Below, piece after piece: positions 19,659-28,196 of a DNA stretch of 64,000 bases. The stretch is from positions 738 to 64,737 of the forward strand of contig DASQIP010000066.1 of the NCBI GenBank assembly GCA_035631515.1. The letters are read 5' to 3'. Both the position numbers and the translations under genes were made by a program. This stretch comes from Steroidobacteraceae bacterium. GTDB lineage: Bacteria > Pseudomonadota > Gammaproteobacteria > Steroidobacterales > Steroidobacteraceae. A model generated the notes under the pieces. It was given only the letters and a program-made list of their open reading frames with translations, was not told the DNA's origin and did not search any database. Position 1 is the first letter of the stretch. Each line of letters opens with the position of its first letter.

Positions 19659-20765
19659 ATGAGTTCCCGACCGGAGGAGGCGAGCGTTCTTGCCGTCGAC
19701 GACGATGTCCGTAGCCTGACTGCCTTGCGGGCGCTCTTGAGCGACATGCCTCTGCGCGTGATGACCGCGAAGTCGGGAGAGGAGGCGCTGCGCTGCGTGT
19801 TGAAGGAGGATTTTGCCGTCATTCTGCTGGATGCGCGCATGCCCGGCATGGACGGCTTCGAGGTTGCGCGGCTGATCCGCGAGCGCGAGCACTCGCGCCA
19901 TACGCCCATCATCTTCCTCACCGGCGCTTACGAGGACACCTCGTCGATCACGCGCGGCTACGAAGCGGGCGCGGTGGACTACATCGTCAAGCCCCTCACG
20001 CCCGAGATCCTCAAATCAAAGATCGCGGTGTTCGTCGACCTCTACCGCAAGAACGCGGCGCTGCTGCAGGAGATCGGCGAGCGCGCGGCGGCCGAGAGGC
20101 ATCTCAAGGCCTCGGAGGAGAATCTGCGTGCGCTCGCCGCACACCTGCAGTCGGTACGCGAGGAGGAATGGACGCGCATTGCGCGGGAATTCCACGACCA
20201 GCTGGGCCAGGAGCTGACGGCTCTCAAGATGGACGCGAGCTGGATCGCGAGCCGGCTGCCGCGCAACGCGCGGGCGCTGCGCGAGCGGGTACAGGCGATG
20301 TCCGACCAGATCGATACCACCGTGCAGTCCGTGCGCCAGATCGTCTCGCGGCTGCGGGCGGACGTGCTCGACCAGCTCGGGCTGGTGGCGGCCCTCGAGT
20401 GGCAGGCGGACGAGTTCCAGCGCCGCAGCGGCATCCGCTGCCACGTGACGCTGCCGGCCGAGGCCGTGGAGCTCGACTCTGCGCGCTCCACCGCGCTCTT
20501 CAGGATCTGCCAGGAGCTGTTGACGAACGTCGCGCGCCACGCCAACGCCACCCGTGTCGAGGTGGCGGTGCGGCCGGAGGACGACCGGATAGTGCTGGCC
20601 GTCGAGGACAACGGCCGCGGCATCGACGGCGAGGCGGCGGCGAGCCCGAAGTCGCTCGGCCTGCTGGGAGTGCGCGAGCGCGTGCTGCCCTTCGGCGGGC
20701 GCGTCGATGTCAACGGGGAGCAGGGGCAGGGGACGCTGGTGAGGGTGACGCTGCCGAGGGACTGA
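19659..20765 (+). CDS. hybrid sensor: N-terminal receiver + HisKA_3 + HATPase_c histidine kinase
   Basis: ATG at 19659 (GTG at 19656 is also possible). REC (VLAVDDDVRSL...VILLDARMPGMDGF...IIFLTG), coiled coil, H-box EFHDQLGQ and an ATPase region. The upstream 240 aa of the ORF are antisense to the lipoprotein gene. Confidence 0.85.
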   Translation: MSSRPEEASVLAVDDDVRSLTALRALLSDMPLRVMTAKSGEEALRCVLKEDFAVILLDARMPGMDGFEVARLIREREHSRHTPIIFLTGAYEDTSSITRGYEAGAVDYIVKPLTPEILKSKIAVFVDLYRKNAALLQEIGERAAAERHLKASEENLRALAAHLQSVREEEWTRIAREFHDQLGQELTALKMDASWIASRLPRNARALRERVQAMSDQIDTTVQSVRQIVSRLRADVLDQLGLVAALEWQADEFQRRSGIRCHVTLPAEAVELDSARSTALFRICQELLTNVARHANATRVEVAVRPEDDRIVLAVEDNGRGIDGEAAASPKSLGLLGVRERVLPFGGRVDVNGEQGQGTLVRVTLPRD

Positions 20766-20781
20766 GTGTGGGTGAGGACCG

Positions 20782-21438
20782 ATGGGATCAATGGTACCGA
20801 GGAGACCCGCGGTGAGAATTCTGATCGCAGACGACCACCCCGTCGTTCGCCGGGGACTCCGGGACATCGTCGCCGCCGAGCAGGACATGACGGTCGTCGG
20901 CGAGGCGAGAAATGGCGACGAGGCGCTCGAGATGGCGCGCAAGCTCGAGTGGGACGTGGCGGTGCTCGACTACTCGATGCCGGGCTGCAGCGGCGCCGAT
21001 CTGGTGCGCGAGCTGAAGCGGCATCACCCGGAGCGCGCGGTCCTGGTACTGAGCATCCTGCCGGAGGACGTGCACGCCGGGCAGGTCTTCAAGGCCGGCG
21101 GCGCCGGCTACATCAACAAGGCGAGCGCCAACGAGGACCTCACCGGCGCGATCCGCAAGGTGGTGGGCGGCGGCAAGTACGTGAGCTCCGCGTTTGCGGA
21201 GAAACTCGCGACCGAGCTCGCCGGCGGTGGCGAGAAACCACCGCACGATCTGCTCTCGGATCGCGAGTACCGGGTGATGTGGCTGATCGCGTCCGGCAAA
21301 CAGATCAACGAGATCGCCGAGGAGATGTCGCTCAGCCCGAGTACCATCAGTACCTATCGGGCGCGCATCCTGCGGAAGCTGGCTCTGGCGAGCAATGCCG
21401 CGCTGGTTCGCTACGCCGTCAAGTACCGGCTGATCTGA
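20782..21438 (+). CDS. NarL/FixJ-family response regulator
   Basis: REC (RILIADDHPVVRRGL...VAVLDYSMPGCSG) plus LuxR HTH (LSDREYRVMWLIASGKQINEIAEEMSLSPSTISTYRARI). Confidence 0.9.
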   Translation: MGSMVPRRPAVRILIADDHPVVRRGLRDIVAAEQDMTVVGEARNGDEALEMARKLEWDVAVLDYSMPGCSGADLVRELKRHHPERAVLVLSILPEDVHAGQVFKAGGAGYINKASANEDLTGAIRKVVGGGKYVSSAFAEKLATELAGGGEKPPHDLLSDREYRVMWLIASGKQINEIAEEMSLSPSTISTYRARILRKLALASNAALVRYAVKYRLI

Positions 21439-21557
21439 GCCGTCCGCCGTCGCCGTTTCCTGTCGAGATTGGCCGACAGGCCTGCCGTTCGACGGCTACA
21501 TAAAGATCGGAATTCGGTGATACCCGCCCGTGCGGCGCCCACCTATGATTGCCCACC

Positions 21558-22250
21558 GTGCGTGGCGCGATTCTCATCGTCGAGGATGAACCGGTGACCC
21601 AGCGGCTCATCGCCGCCGGCCTCGAGCGCGCCGGGTTCGAGGTCATGCGGGCCGCCAACGTCGAGGAAGCGGCGGAGGCGATTCGCACCGAGCTGCCCGG
21701 GCTCATGCTGCTCGACTGGGTTTTGCCGACGGCGAGCGGCGTGAGCTTTCTGCGCGAGCTGCGCAACGACCGGCGCACCAAGCAAATGCCGATCATCATG
21801 CTCACCGGCCGCTCGGAGGAGACGGACAAGGTGACCGGGCTCGAGGCCGGCGCCGACGACTACCTCACCAAGCCGTTCTCGCACCGCGAGCTGCTGGCGC
21901 GCATCAAGGCGGTGGTGCGGCGTGGGGCGCCGCTGCTCGGCGAGGAGCCGATCGAATTCGACGGCCTGAAGCTCGATCCGGCCGCGCACCGCGTCACCGC
22001 GGGCGGCACCAACGTCAAGCTCTGGGCTACCGAGTTCCGCCTGCTGCACTTCATGATGACGCATCCGGAGCGCGTCTACAGCCGCAGCCAGCTGCTCGAT
22101 GAAGTGTGGGGCGATCACGTCTTCGTCGAGGACCGCACCGTCGACGTGCACATCCGCCAGCTGCGCCAGGCCCTGCAGCCGAGCGGCCACGACCGCATGA
22201 TCGAAACGGTGCGCGGCGCGGGCTATTGCTTCCGCACGGGCGCGGAGTGA
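21558..22250 (+). CDS. phoB: PhoB-like OmpR-family response regulator
   Basis: Near-colinear resemblance to E. coli PhoB as I remember it: [80 protein letters not shown]. GTG at 21558 gives the usual short N-terminus; TTG at 21549 is the alternative. Confidence 0.75.
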   Translation: [230 protein letters not shown]

Positions 22251-22307
22251 GGCCGCGTTCTCGCGGGCGATGAGCCGCCCGCAGTCGGCAGCTGCGCGCC
22301 CCGCCGG

Positions 22308-23705
22308 TCAGTAGGCGTTGCGCCCCTCGAGCGCGACGAACAACGTCTTCAGCACGATCCACAGATCGAGCCGCAGCGACCACTGACGCAGGTAAGCCAG
22401 GTCGCACTCGATCCGGCGCTGCATCTTCTCCAGAGTGTCGGTTTCTCCGCGGAAGCCGTTGACCTGTGCCCAGCCGGTGATGCCGGGGCGGACCTTGTGG
22501 CGGAACATGTAGCCCTTGATCAGCTTGCGATAGAGCTCGGTGTGGGCCACGGCGTGCGGCCGCGGACCCACCACGCTCATGCGCCCCTGCAGCACGTTGA
22601 TGAACTGCGGCAGCTCATCGAGCGAGGTGCGGCGCAGGAACGCGCCGAAGCGCGTCACGCGCGCGTCGCTGCGGGTGGCCTGGCGGATGTCCGCGCCATC
22701 CTCGGTGACCCTCATGGAGCGGAACTTGTAGACCACGATCTCGCGGCCGTCGAGCCCATAGCGGCGCTGCCGGAAGATCACCGGGCCCGGAGAGCTCAGC
22801 TTGATGCCGGCCGCGATGGCCAGCATCAGCGGCAGGGCGAGGATGCACACCAGCAGCGCGAGTACGATGTCGCTCGCGCGCTTGACGAGCCCGTCGAGTC
22901 CGCGGAACGGGGTCTCGCACACCGACACCACCGGCATGCCGTCGACCGTGTCGATGCGGCCCTGGATGAGATCGAACAGGAAGATGTCGGGCACGAAGTG
23001 AATCGAGGCCGTGGTGTCGTGCAGCTGATCGAGCAGCCGCACCGTACGCGGCTGAGATGCCATGGGCAGCGTGATGTAGATGAGATCGATGCGCTGCGCC
23101 TTGACGTACGCGGCCAGCTGATCGAGCGTCCCGAGGATGGCCTCGGCGGCCTGCTCGCCGGTGCGATCCGGGCCGCGGTCGTCGAAGAACCCGGCTACGC
23201 GGATCCCGAGCAGCGGATTGCGTTGCAGCCGCTCGGCGAGCGCGCGGCCGAGCTCGCAGGCACCGACGATGACCGCGACCCGCTGGGCGCGCCGCGCGGC
23301 ATACAGCCGTCGCAGCAGCGGCGGCAGCGCGAGGTGCCCGGCGACACGTGCGAACGGAGTTGCCACCAGCCAGGCGAGCAGTACGTGCGGGTCGAAGACC
23401 TCTATGGTGCGGGTCGCCCAGCCGATGACCGCGAGCACCACGACGGTCACGGACCAGCTCGTGCCCACCTCGCGGACCAGCGCCCCGAGACGGCCGGGCA
23501 CCGGCGCGTTGCCTGGAAAGGTCAGCGAGAAGACCAGCAGCCCGAGTATCAGGTATGCGCCCTGGAATTGTCCGTGGAACAGGGCGATGCAGCCGAGCAG
23601 CGTACCGATCGTCATCAGCGGATCGATCGCCGCCACGCCGCGGGCCGCCGGTGCGACCCGGCGGTCGTTCAAGACATGCTGCAGCTCCAGGCCCGTGGCC
23701 GCCAT
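22308..23705 (-). CDS. undecaprenyl-phosphate sugar-1-phosphate transferase (WcaJ/EpsB-type priming glycosyltransferase)
   Basis: Four to five N-terminal TMs, a central Rossmann-like domain and a C-terminal bacterial sugar transferase domain (PGPVIFRQRRYGLDGREIVVYKFRSM...RTSLDELPQFINVLQGRMSVVGPRP). Confidence 0.9.
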   Translation of the reverse strand: MAATGLELQHVLNDRRVAPAARGVAAIDPLMTIGTLLGCIALFHGQFQGAYLILGLLVFSLTFPGNAPVPGRLGALVREVGTSWSVTVVVLAVIGWATRTIEVFDPHVLLAWLVATPFARVAGHLALPPLLRRLYAARRAQRVAVIVGACELGRALAERLQRNPLLGIRVAGFFDDRGPDRTGEQAAEAILGTLDQLAAYVKAQRIDLIYITLPMASQPRTVRLLDQLHDTTASIHFVPDIFLFDLIQGRIDTVDGMPVVSVCETPFRGLDGLVKRASDIVLALLVCILALPLMLAIAAGIKLSSPGPVIFRQRRYGLDGREIVVYKFRSMRVTEDGADIRQATRSDARVTRFGAFLRRTSLDELPQFINVLQGRMSVVGPRPHAVAHTELYRKLIKGYMFRHKVRPGITGWAQVNGFRGETDTLEKMQRRIECDLAYLRQWSLRLDLWIVLKTLFVALEGRNAY

Positions 23706-23840
23706 GTAGAAAGCCTAAGAGGGCCGGAGTGCAAGCCGATGAATCGGCAGGCGCCTTTTCCTAGGCAGAACGGACTACCTGGGCGCGGACGCGCGCGCAT
23801 CACGACTGCATAACAAAGGCTTTCCATAGTGCCTGCCACT

Positions 23841-23858
23841 GCGGGGACTAGTCCCCGC
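23841..23858. promoter_or_regulatory. perfect 18-bp palindrome upstream of the EpsA-like regulator gene (candidate operator)
   Basis: GCGGGGACTAGTCCCCGC is perfectly self-complementary. It lies 21 nt upstream of ATG 23879, in the divergent promoter region shared with the priming transferase. Confidence 0.4.
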
Positions 23859-23878
23859 GATTGCGGCGAAGGGCGGCG

Positions 23879-24739
23879 ATGGTCATGCAGGCGAGCGAGA
23901 CCGAGGTGAAGATCCACACGCGACCCGGCGGACAGCGTACCCCCGCCCGCGGCGCCGAACGTGGGTCCGCGGGCGGTGCACGGCTGCTCGATGCGGGCAT
24001 ACTCGAATCGTTGCTGCTCAACATCGACGCATCGCTGCGGGTTCACTCGCGCCCGCAGCTGTTCGGCTGGACCCAGGGACTCATGCAGAATCTGCTGCGG
24101 CACGAGCTGCTGTTGTGCGCGGTGCGCGAGGAGCGTGCGCTCAGCTACCAGGCCGATTGCCTCGCGAGCCCGTGGATCGATTCGGAGCGAATCCGGGCGC
24201 TGTTCCAGCAGGACGTCGAGCTGATCGCCAGCCTCGTCAGGCGCTGGGTCGAGGCCGAGTTCCATCCGGTCGTGTGCCGCGTGGAAAGCGCGGACTCGCA
24301 GGCACGCGGCCAGTTCGCCGCCGAATTACACGGCATCGGCGCGGACAGCCTGATGGTGCACGGCACCTACGATTCACTCGGCAAGCCCGTGACCCTGTTC
24401 ATCGTCGGCGCGCTCGCCGACGACCTCGGCAGCGAGCAGGCGTTTCTGCTCGAGCTGATCGTGCCGTTTCTGCACCTCGCATGGATGCGCTCCCGGCTCG
24501 CGCGTCCGCTCGAGGACACTCAGGCGGCGGCGCACACGCCCGACCTGCTGACCGTGCGCGAGAAGGAGATTCTGCGCTGGATCCATCTCGGCAAGAGCAA
24601 CTTCGAGATCGGAACGATCCTCGGCATCAGTCCGCTGACGGTCAAGAATCACGTGCAGAAGATCCTGCGCAAGCTCAACGTGCGCAACCGCACCCAGGCG
24701 GTCGGCCGGGCACTGGCGTTGCGCTTTCTCGATCCTTAA
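23879..24739 (+). CDS. LuxR-family transcriptional regulator, EpsA-like (PEP-CTERM/EPS locus regulator type)
   Basis: C-terminal LuxR HTH (LTVREKEILRWIHLGKSNFEIGTILGISPLTVKNHVQKILRKLNVRNRTQAV) on a ~200-aa non-receiver N-terminal domain. This is the architecture I associate with Methylobacillus EpsA-type regulators. The start is ATG 23879 or TTG 23861. Confidence 0.7.
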   Translation: MVMQASETEVKIHTRPGGQRTPARGAERGSAGGARLLDAGILESLLLNIDASLRVHSRPQLFGWTQGLMQNLLRHELLLCAVREERALSYQADCLASPWIDSERIRALFQQDVELIASLVRRWVEAEFHPVVCRVESADSQARGQFAAELHGIGADSLMVHGTYDSLGKPVTLFIVGALADDLGSEQAFLLELIVPFLHLAWMRSRLARPLEDTQAAAHTPDLLTVREKEILRWIHLGKSNFEIGTILGISPLTVKNHVQKILRKLNVRNRTQAVGRALALRFLDP

Positions 24740-24757
24740 GTACTTCGAGGACCTGCC

Positions 24758-25087
24758 ATGGAACCCACGCGACCCCGGATGCCCCTGTGCCTGCGAAGAG
24801 CGCTGCTCGTGTTGTCGATCGCGGCGATGGCGACGGTCAGCGGGGCATCCGCGGCGCAGGAGATGACCCGCGCGCGGCCCGTGACCACGGCCGGGGCCGC
24901 CGCGCCCGCACTGTCCCGGGTGCTCGCGCAGCTCACCGGGCCGGCGAGCCCGGCGCGCGGCCTGCCGCCGTCGGGAAGCGGGGCGCTGCTGCTCGCCGGG
25001 CTGCTCGGAGTCTGGACGATCGGACACCGGCGCCTGTCCGTCCTCGGGAGCCGCACTCTCGACCCGCACGGCTTGCGGCGCCGATGA
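24758..25087 (+). CDS. small secreted protein with PEP-CTERM-like C-terminal sorting tail
   Basis: 109 aa. GAGGA lies 8 nt upstream of ATG. Signal peptide ...LLVLSIAAMATVSGASA/AQE, an Ala/Pro-rich spacer, then LPPSGSGALLLAGLLGVWTIGHRR (Pro-rich motif + TM helix + basic cluster). The stop overlaps the next gene's ATG (ATGA at 25084-25087), and GC3 bias is strong. Confidence 0.5.
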   Translation: MEPTRPRMPLCLRRALLVLSIAAMATVSGASAAQEMTRARPVTTAGAAAPALSRVLAQLTGPASPARGLPPSGSGALLLAGLLGVWTIGHRRLSVLGSRTLDPHGLRRR

Positions 25088-26391
25088 GGGTCGCGGCCGC
25101 AGGGAGCTCACCGCCGTGCCGGCAGGCACGCCGCGGCGCGGCGCACGCCGCGCCGTTCAGCGTGGGCGGCTGTCTCATGGTCGCGCTGACTCTGGGCGCG
25201 GCGCCCGCAGAGGCGCAGACACCGGCAGGGGGGCAGACACAGGCGCAGGAGACGGCGAAGATCACGCCATTCGCCGAGGAGACCATCACCGCCGACGACA
25301 ATGTCTTTCGCATTTCGAATCAGGTCGACCCGCTCGCGACCATTGGGTTCGCCTCGCGCGCCGATACCTATCGCACCACCACCGCGGGACTCAGCCTGGA
25401 TGTGCCGGTGAGCCTGCAGCGCTTCCAGGCGACGTTGACTTATAACAGCTACCGCTACCAGCGCTTCCGCGAGCTCGACTACGGCGGCTACGATCTGCGC
25501 GGCAGCTGGCTGTGGCAGGTCGGGAGCACCCTGAGCGGTGAGCTCGGAGTCGCGGAGAATTATTCGCAGGCGCCGTTCGAGGAGACGAACGTGAACGGCG
25601 TGTTCCCCGACCGCCTGCACCTGCGGGAGGAGTTTGCCAAGGGCTCATGGCTCGTCACCCCCGACTGGAAGCTGTATGCAGCGGGGGACGATCTGGCCCA
25701 GAGTAACAGCGACCCCGCCGGGCAATTCAACAACGTCACCGTGGACTCGCTCGAGGCCTCGCTGAGTCGCGGCGCCGGGACCGGTAACTGGTTCGGCCTC
25801 GACACGCGCTACGAGTCCGGCCGCTATCCCGTGGCCGAGCCGATCGGGACGGTGCTGATCGATAACGGCTATTCCCAGTACGGCTTCGGCGTGGTGGTCG
25901 ACGTGGGTGCCGACACGCCCTCGCACGTGGTGGCGCGCGCCGACCAGGTAAGCCGCCACTACGACCAGGTGACGTCGCGCAACTTCAACCGCGCCACCGG
26001 GCGTCTCGAGTACACCTGGACTCCGGACGTCAAGGTGTCGGTGAGCGCGCTCGCCGAGCGGGACATCAGTCCCTACGAGTACATCCACTCGAGCATCGTC
26101 ATGGTGAGAGGACTGACGCTGCGCCCGCTCTGGCATGCGACGGATTTCATCGACCTGTCGGCCAGCCTCGCCTGGCTCGGGCGCAGCTATCTCTCCGATC
26201 CCGCCGTAGCACTCGGCGCCGCTGCGCCGCGCGACGACAACGTGCGCAGCCTGAGCGCCTTGCTCGCCTACCACCCGGTGAGCTGGGCCACCGTACAGGT
26301 CAGCTACCTCCACGAGGACCGCTCTTCGAACATCGTCTTCGGCGGCTACGCCGTGAACGTCTTCTGGCTCAAGGCGCGGCTGTCGCTGTAG
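25084..26391 (+). CDS. outer-membrane beta-barrel-like protein, EpsL-like
   Basis: Signal-like LMVALTLGAAPAEA/QT, then ~400 aa of alternating amphipathic beta-strand pattern rich in Y/W/G/D turns. Its position next to an EpsA-like gene matches the EpsL family context. The upstream part of the 758-aa ORF is Arg-rich shadow sequence. Confidence 0.55.
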   Translation: MRVAAAGSSPPCRQARRGAAHAAPFSVGGCLMVALTLGAAPAEAQTPAGGQTQAQETAKITPFAEETITADDNVFRISNQVDPLATIGFASRADTYRTTTAGLSLDVPVSLQRFQATLTYNSYRYQRFRELDYGGYDLRGSWLWQVGSTLSGELGVAENYSQAPFEETNVNGVFPDRLHLREEFAKGSWLVTPDWKLYAAGDDLAQSNSDPAGQFNNVTVDSLEASLSRGAGTGNWFGLDTRYESGRYPVAEPIGTVLIDNGYSQYGFGVVVDVGADTPSHVVARADQVSRHYDQVTSRNFNRATGRLEYTWTPDVKVSVSALAERDISPYEYIHSSIVMVRGLTLRPLWHATDFIDLSASLAWLGRSYLSDPAVALGAAAPRDDNVRSLSALLAYHPVSWATVQVSYLHEDRSSNIVFGGYAVNVFWLKARLSL

Positions 26392-26441
26392 TTCATGCGC
26401 GGGAATCGCCTGCGGCGACTCGTGCGGACACCCGCCGGGCG

Positions 26442-28196
26442 TTATTGAAACACGGGGGCCAGGGGTTGCAGCGGCGTGCCGCCGCCGCCGACGGTGGTCG
26501 GCGAGTTGTTGCTGACGACCCGCAGATTATCGATGATCAGGCGAATGTCGCTCACCCATCTGGCCTGAGGGGTCGGCTGCCCCGTAGAGCCGGTGAGCGT
26601 CATATACCCGAGGCGGCCGTCGAACGGGAAGCCGTAGTCGGCCTGAAATTCGGCGGCCTTGCTGCCCGCGGCTCCGTCTTCGATGGCAAGGTCGAAGCCC
26701 GGACTGCCCCTGCTGTCGACGATGTACGCCCCGTAGTTCTGCAGCGTCCACGCCAGCATCCTCCCGGGAACCGACTGCAGGCCGATGGTGCCGATGTTGA
26801 CGCTCGCCGGGATCGCCAGCAGCGATCCCATCTTCATGGCCGAGTTGGTGTTGCCGGTCGCCGCGCCATAGCCGTTGCCGGCGTTTGCGGCATAACTGTC
26901 GGCGGTGGCCGCCGGCCAGGTGAAGCAGGCGCTGAACTTTCCGGTGCACAGCCCCAGCGACGTCGCCGAGTCGAGGTTGATCTTGAGGGCATGCAGCATC
27001 TGCGTTCCGGGTCGCAGCTCCCCCATGCGGATCGTGCCGCCGAGGGTGGAGAGATTGGAGCCGCCATGCGCGCCCAGGCGGCCGTCACCGGTTTGCAGGT
27101 TGTATTCCCACAGTGCGAGGCTGTAGGGAACCTGCATGGAAGTGCCGTAGCTATAGCCGGCGCACCTGGTGAACGGCTGCGTCTGCACGAGAGTGAGCCC
27201 GTCCGCGAGCAGAATTGCGGCACCGTTGTTGCCCGTGCTGTTGGGTACCACGTACGCCGCCGGGATCGGCGCCTGGAAGAACAGGGCACCCTGTTGAACG
27301 CAACGGTCGCCGCCGCTCCAGCCGACGTTGTTTATGTAGACGTCGGTCAGCGGCGCGCTCGGCGTGAGCACGATCCGCTCGTGGTCGGATTGCGGCATGT
27401 CGTACCAGTACTCGGTGCTGTTGGGAGTGGGCGTAAAGTGCAGACCCGAGGCTACGTAGCTGGCGCCCGCGCCGATCGGCATGTTCCAGATGCTGGTGGC
27501 TGCAAACGGCCACAACAGCGCATTGCGGGTTCCGGTTGACCCGGTGCCTCCGCTCGATCCGCCTCCGGAAGCTGCCTGCAGCGTATAGCTCACCGGAACG
27601 GAGTCGACCGAATCGTAATTGCCGACCGCGGTGATCCCGGCCGGTGAGCCGATGTCGGAACGTGCCACCGTCCAGGTCGCCACTCCGTTGGCTTTCGAAA
27701 GCGCGACGGTCTTGATCAGCGACCAGGCCCAGGAGCCTCCCGAGCCTGCGTATCGATACAGGAATCCGTTCTCGATCAGATAGTCGGCACCGGTGGTGCC
27801 GAGCGGATAACCCGTGCTCCCGCTCTGGTCGGAATCGATCCCGACGCGGACGAAGGTGGGAGTGCCCTGATAGGCGACCGCAAAAGTAACGGTGGTGGCG
27901 CTGCCGCTGATGGAGAGGCTGGCGGTGCCCGATGAGGCCGCTGCAGCCTGAGCGCCCAGCGCTCCGGCGGCCGACGGGCTGGGCGACGCGGCAGCGGGTG
28001 CGGCCGGCGCTGCGGGAGCGGCCGGCGCTGCGGGAGCGGCAGTGCCCGCGCTCGCCGTTCCGGTCGCGGCGGCCGCTGCCGCCCCGGTGCTGGCAACGCT
28101 CATTGAGGCTGCGGTGGCAGAGGTGCCCTGACCGCATGCGGCCAGAAACATCGACGACAAAACCAACACGGCCGTGACGGCGCTCGATAATTTCAT
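26442..28196 (-). CDS. large lipoprotein of unknown function (candidate glycan-active enzyme)
   Basis: Lipobox MFLAAC, an Ala/Pro-rich linker including (PAA)n, and ~480 aa of beta-rich sequence with no recognised motif. Transcribed divergently from the export genes. Confidence 0.6.
   Translation of the reverse strand: MKLSSAVTAVLVLSSMFLAACGQGTSATAASMSVASTGAAAAAATGTASAGTAAPAAPAAPAAPAAPAAASPSPSAAGALGAQAAAASSGTASLSISGSATTVTFAVAYQGTPTFVRVGIDSDQSGSTGYPLGTTGADYLIENGFLYRYAGSGGSWAWSLIKTVALSKANGVATWTVARSDIGSPAGITAVGNYDSVDSVPVSYTLQAASGGGSSGGTGSTGTRNALLWPFAATSIWNMPIGAGASYVASGLHFTPTPNSTEYWYDMPQSDHERIVLTPSAPLTDVYINNVGWSGGDRCVQQGALFFQAPIPAAYVVPNSTGNNGAAILLADGLTLVQTQPFTRCAGYSYGTSMQVPYSLALWEYNLQTGDGRLGAHGGSNLSTLGGTIRMGELRPGTQMLHALKINLDSATSLGLCTGKFSACFTWPAATADSYAANAGNGYGAATGNTNSAMKMGSLLAIPASVNIGTIGLQSVPGRMLAWTLQNYGAYIVDSRGSPGFDLAIEDGAAGSKAAEFQADYGFPFDGRLGYMTLTGSTGQPTPQARWVSDIRLIIDNLRVVSNNSPTTVGGGGTPLQPLAPVFQ

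Noticed and set aside
24115-25083. N-terminal 323 aa of the 758-aa ORF, which would extend the EpsL-like protein upstream
   Set aside because: This part overlaps the EpsA-like gene out of frame and is extremely Arg-rich. A signal-peptide-like segment and ATG at 25084, plus the better-supported small ORF at 24758-25087, argue for the shorter gene.
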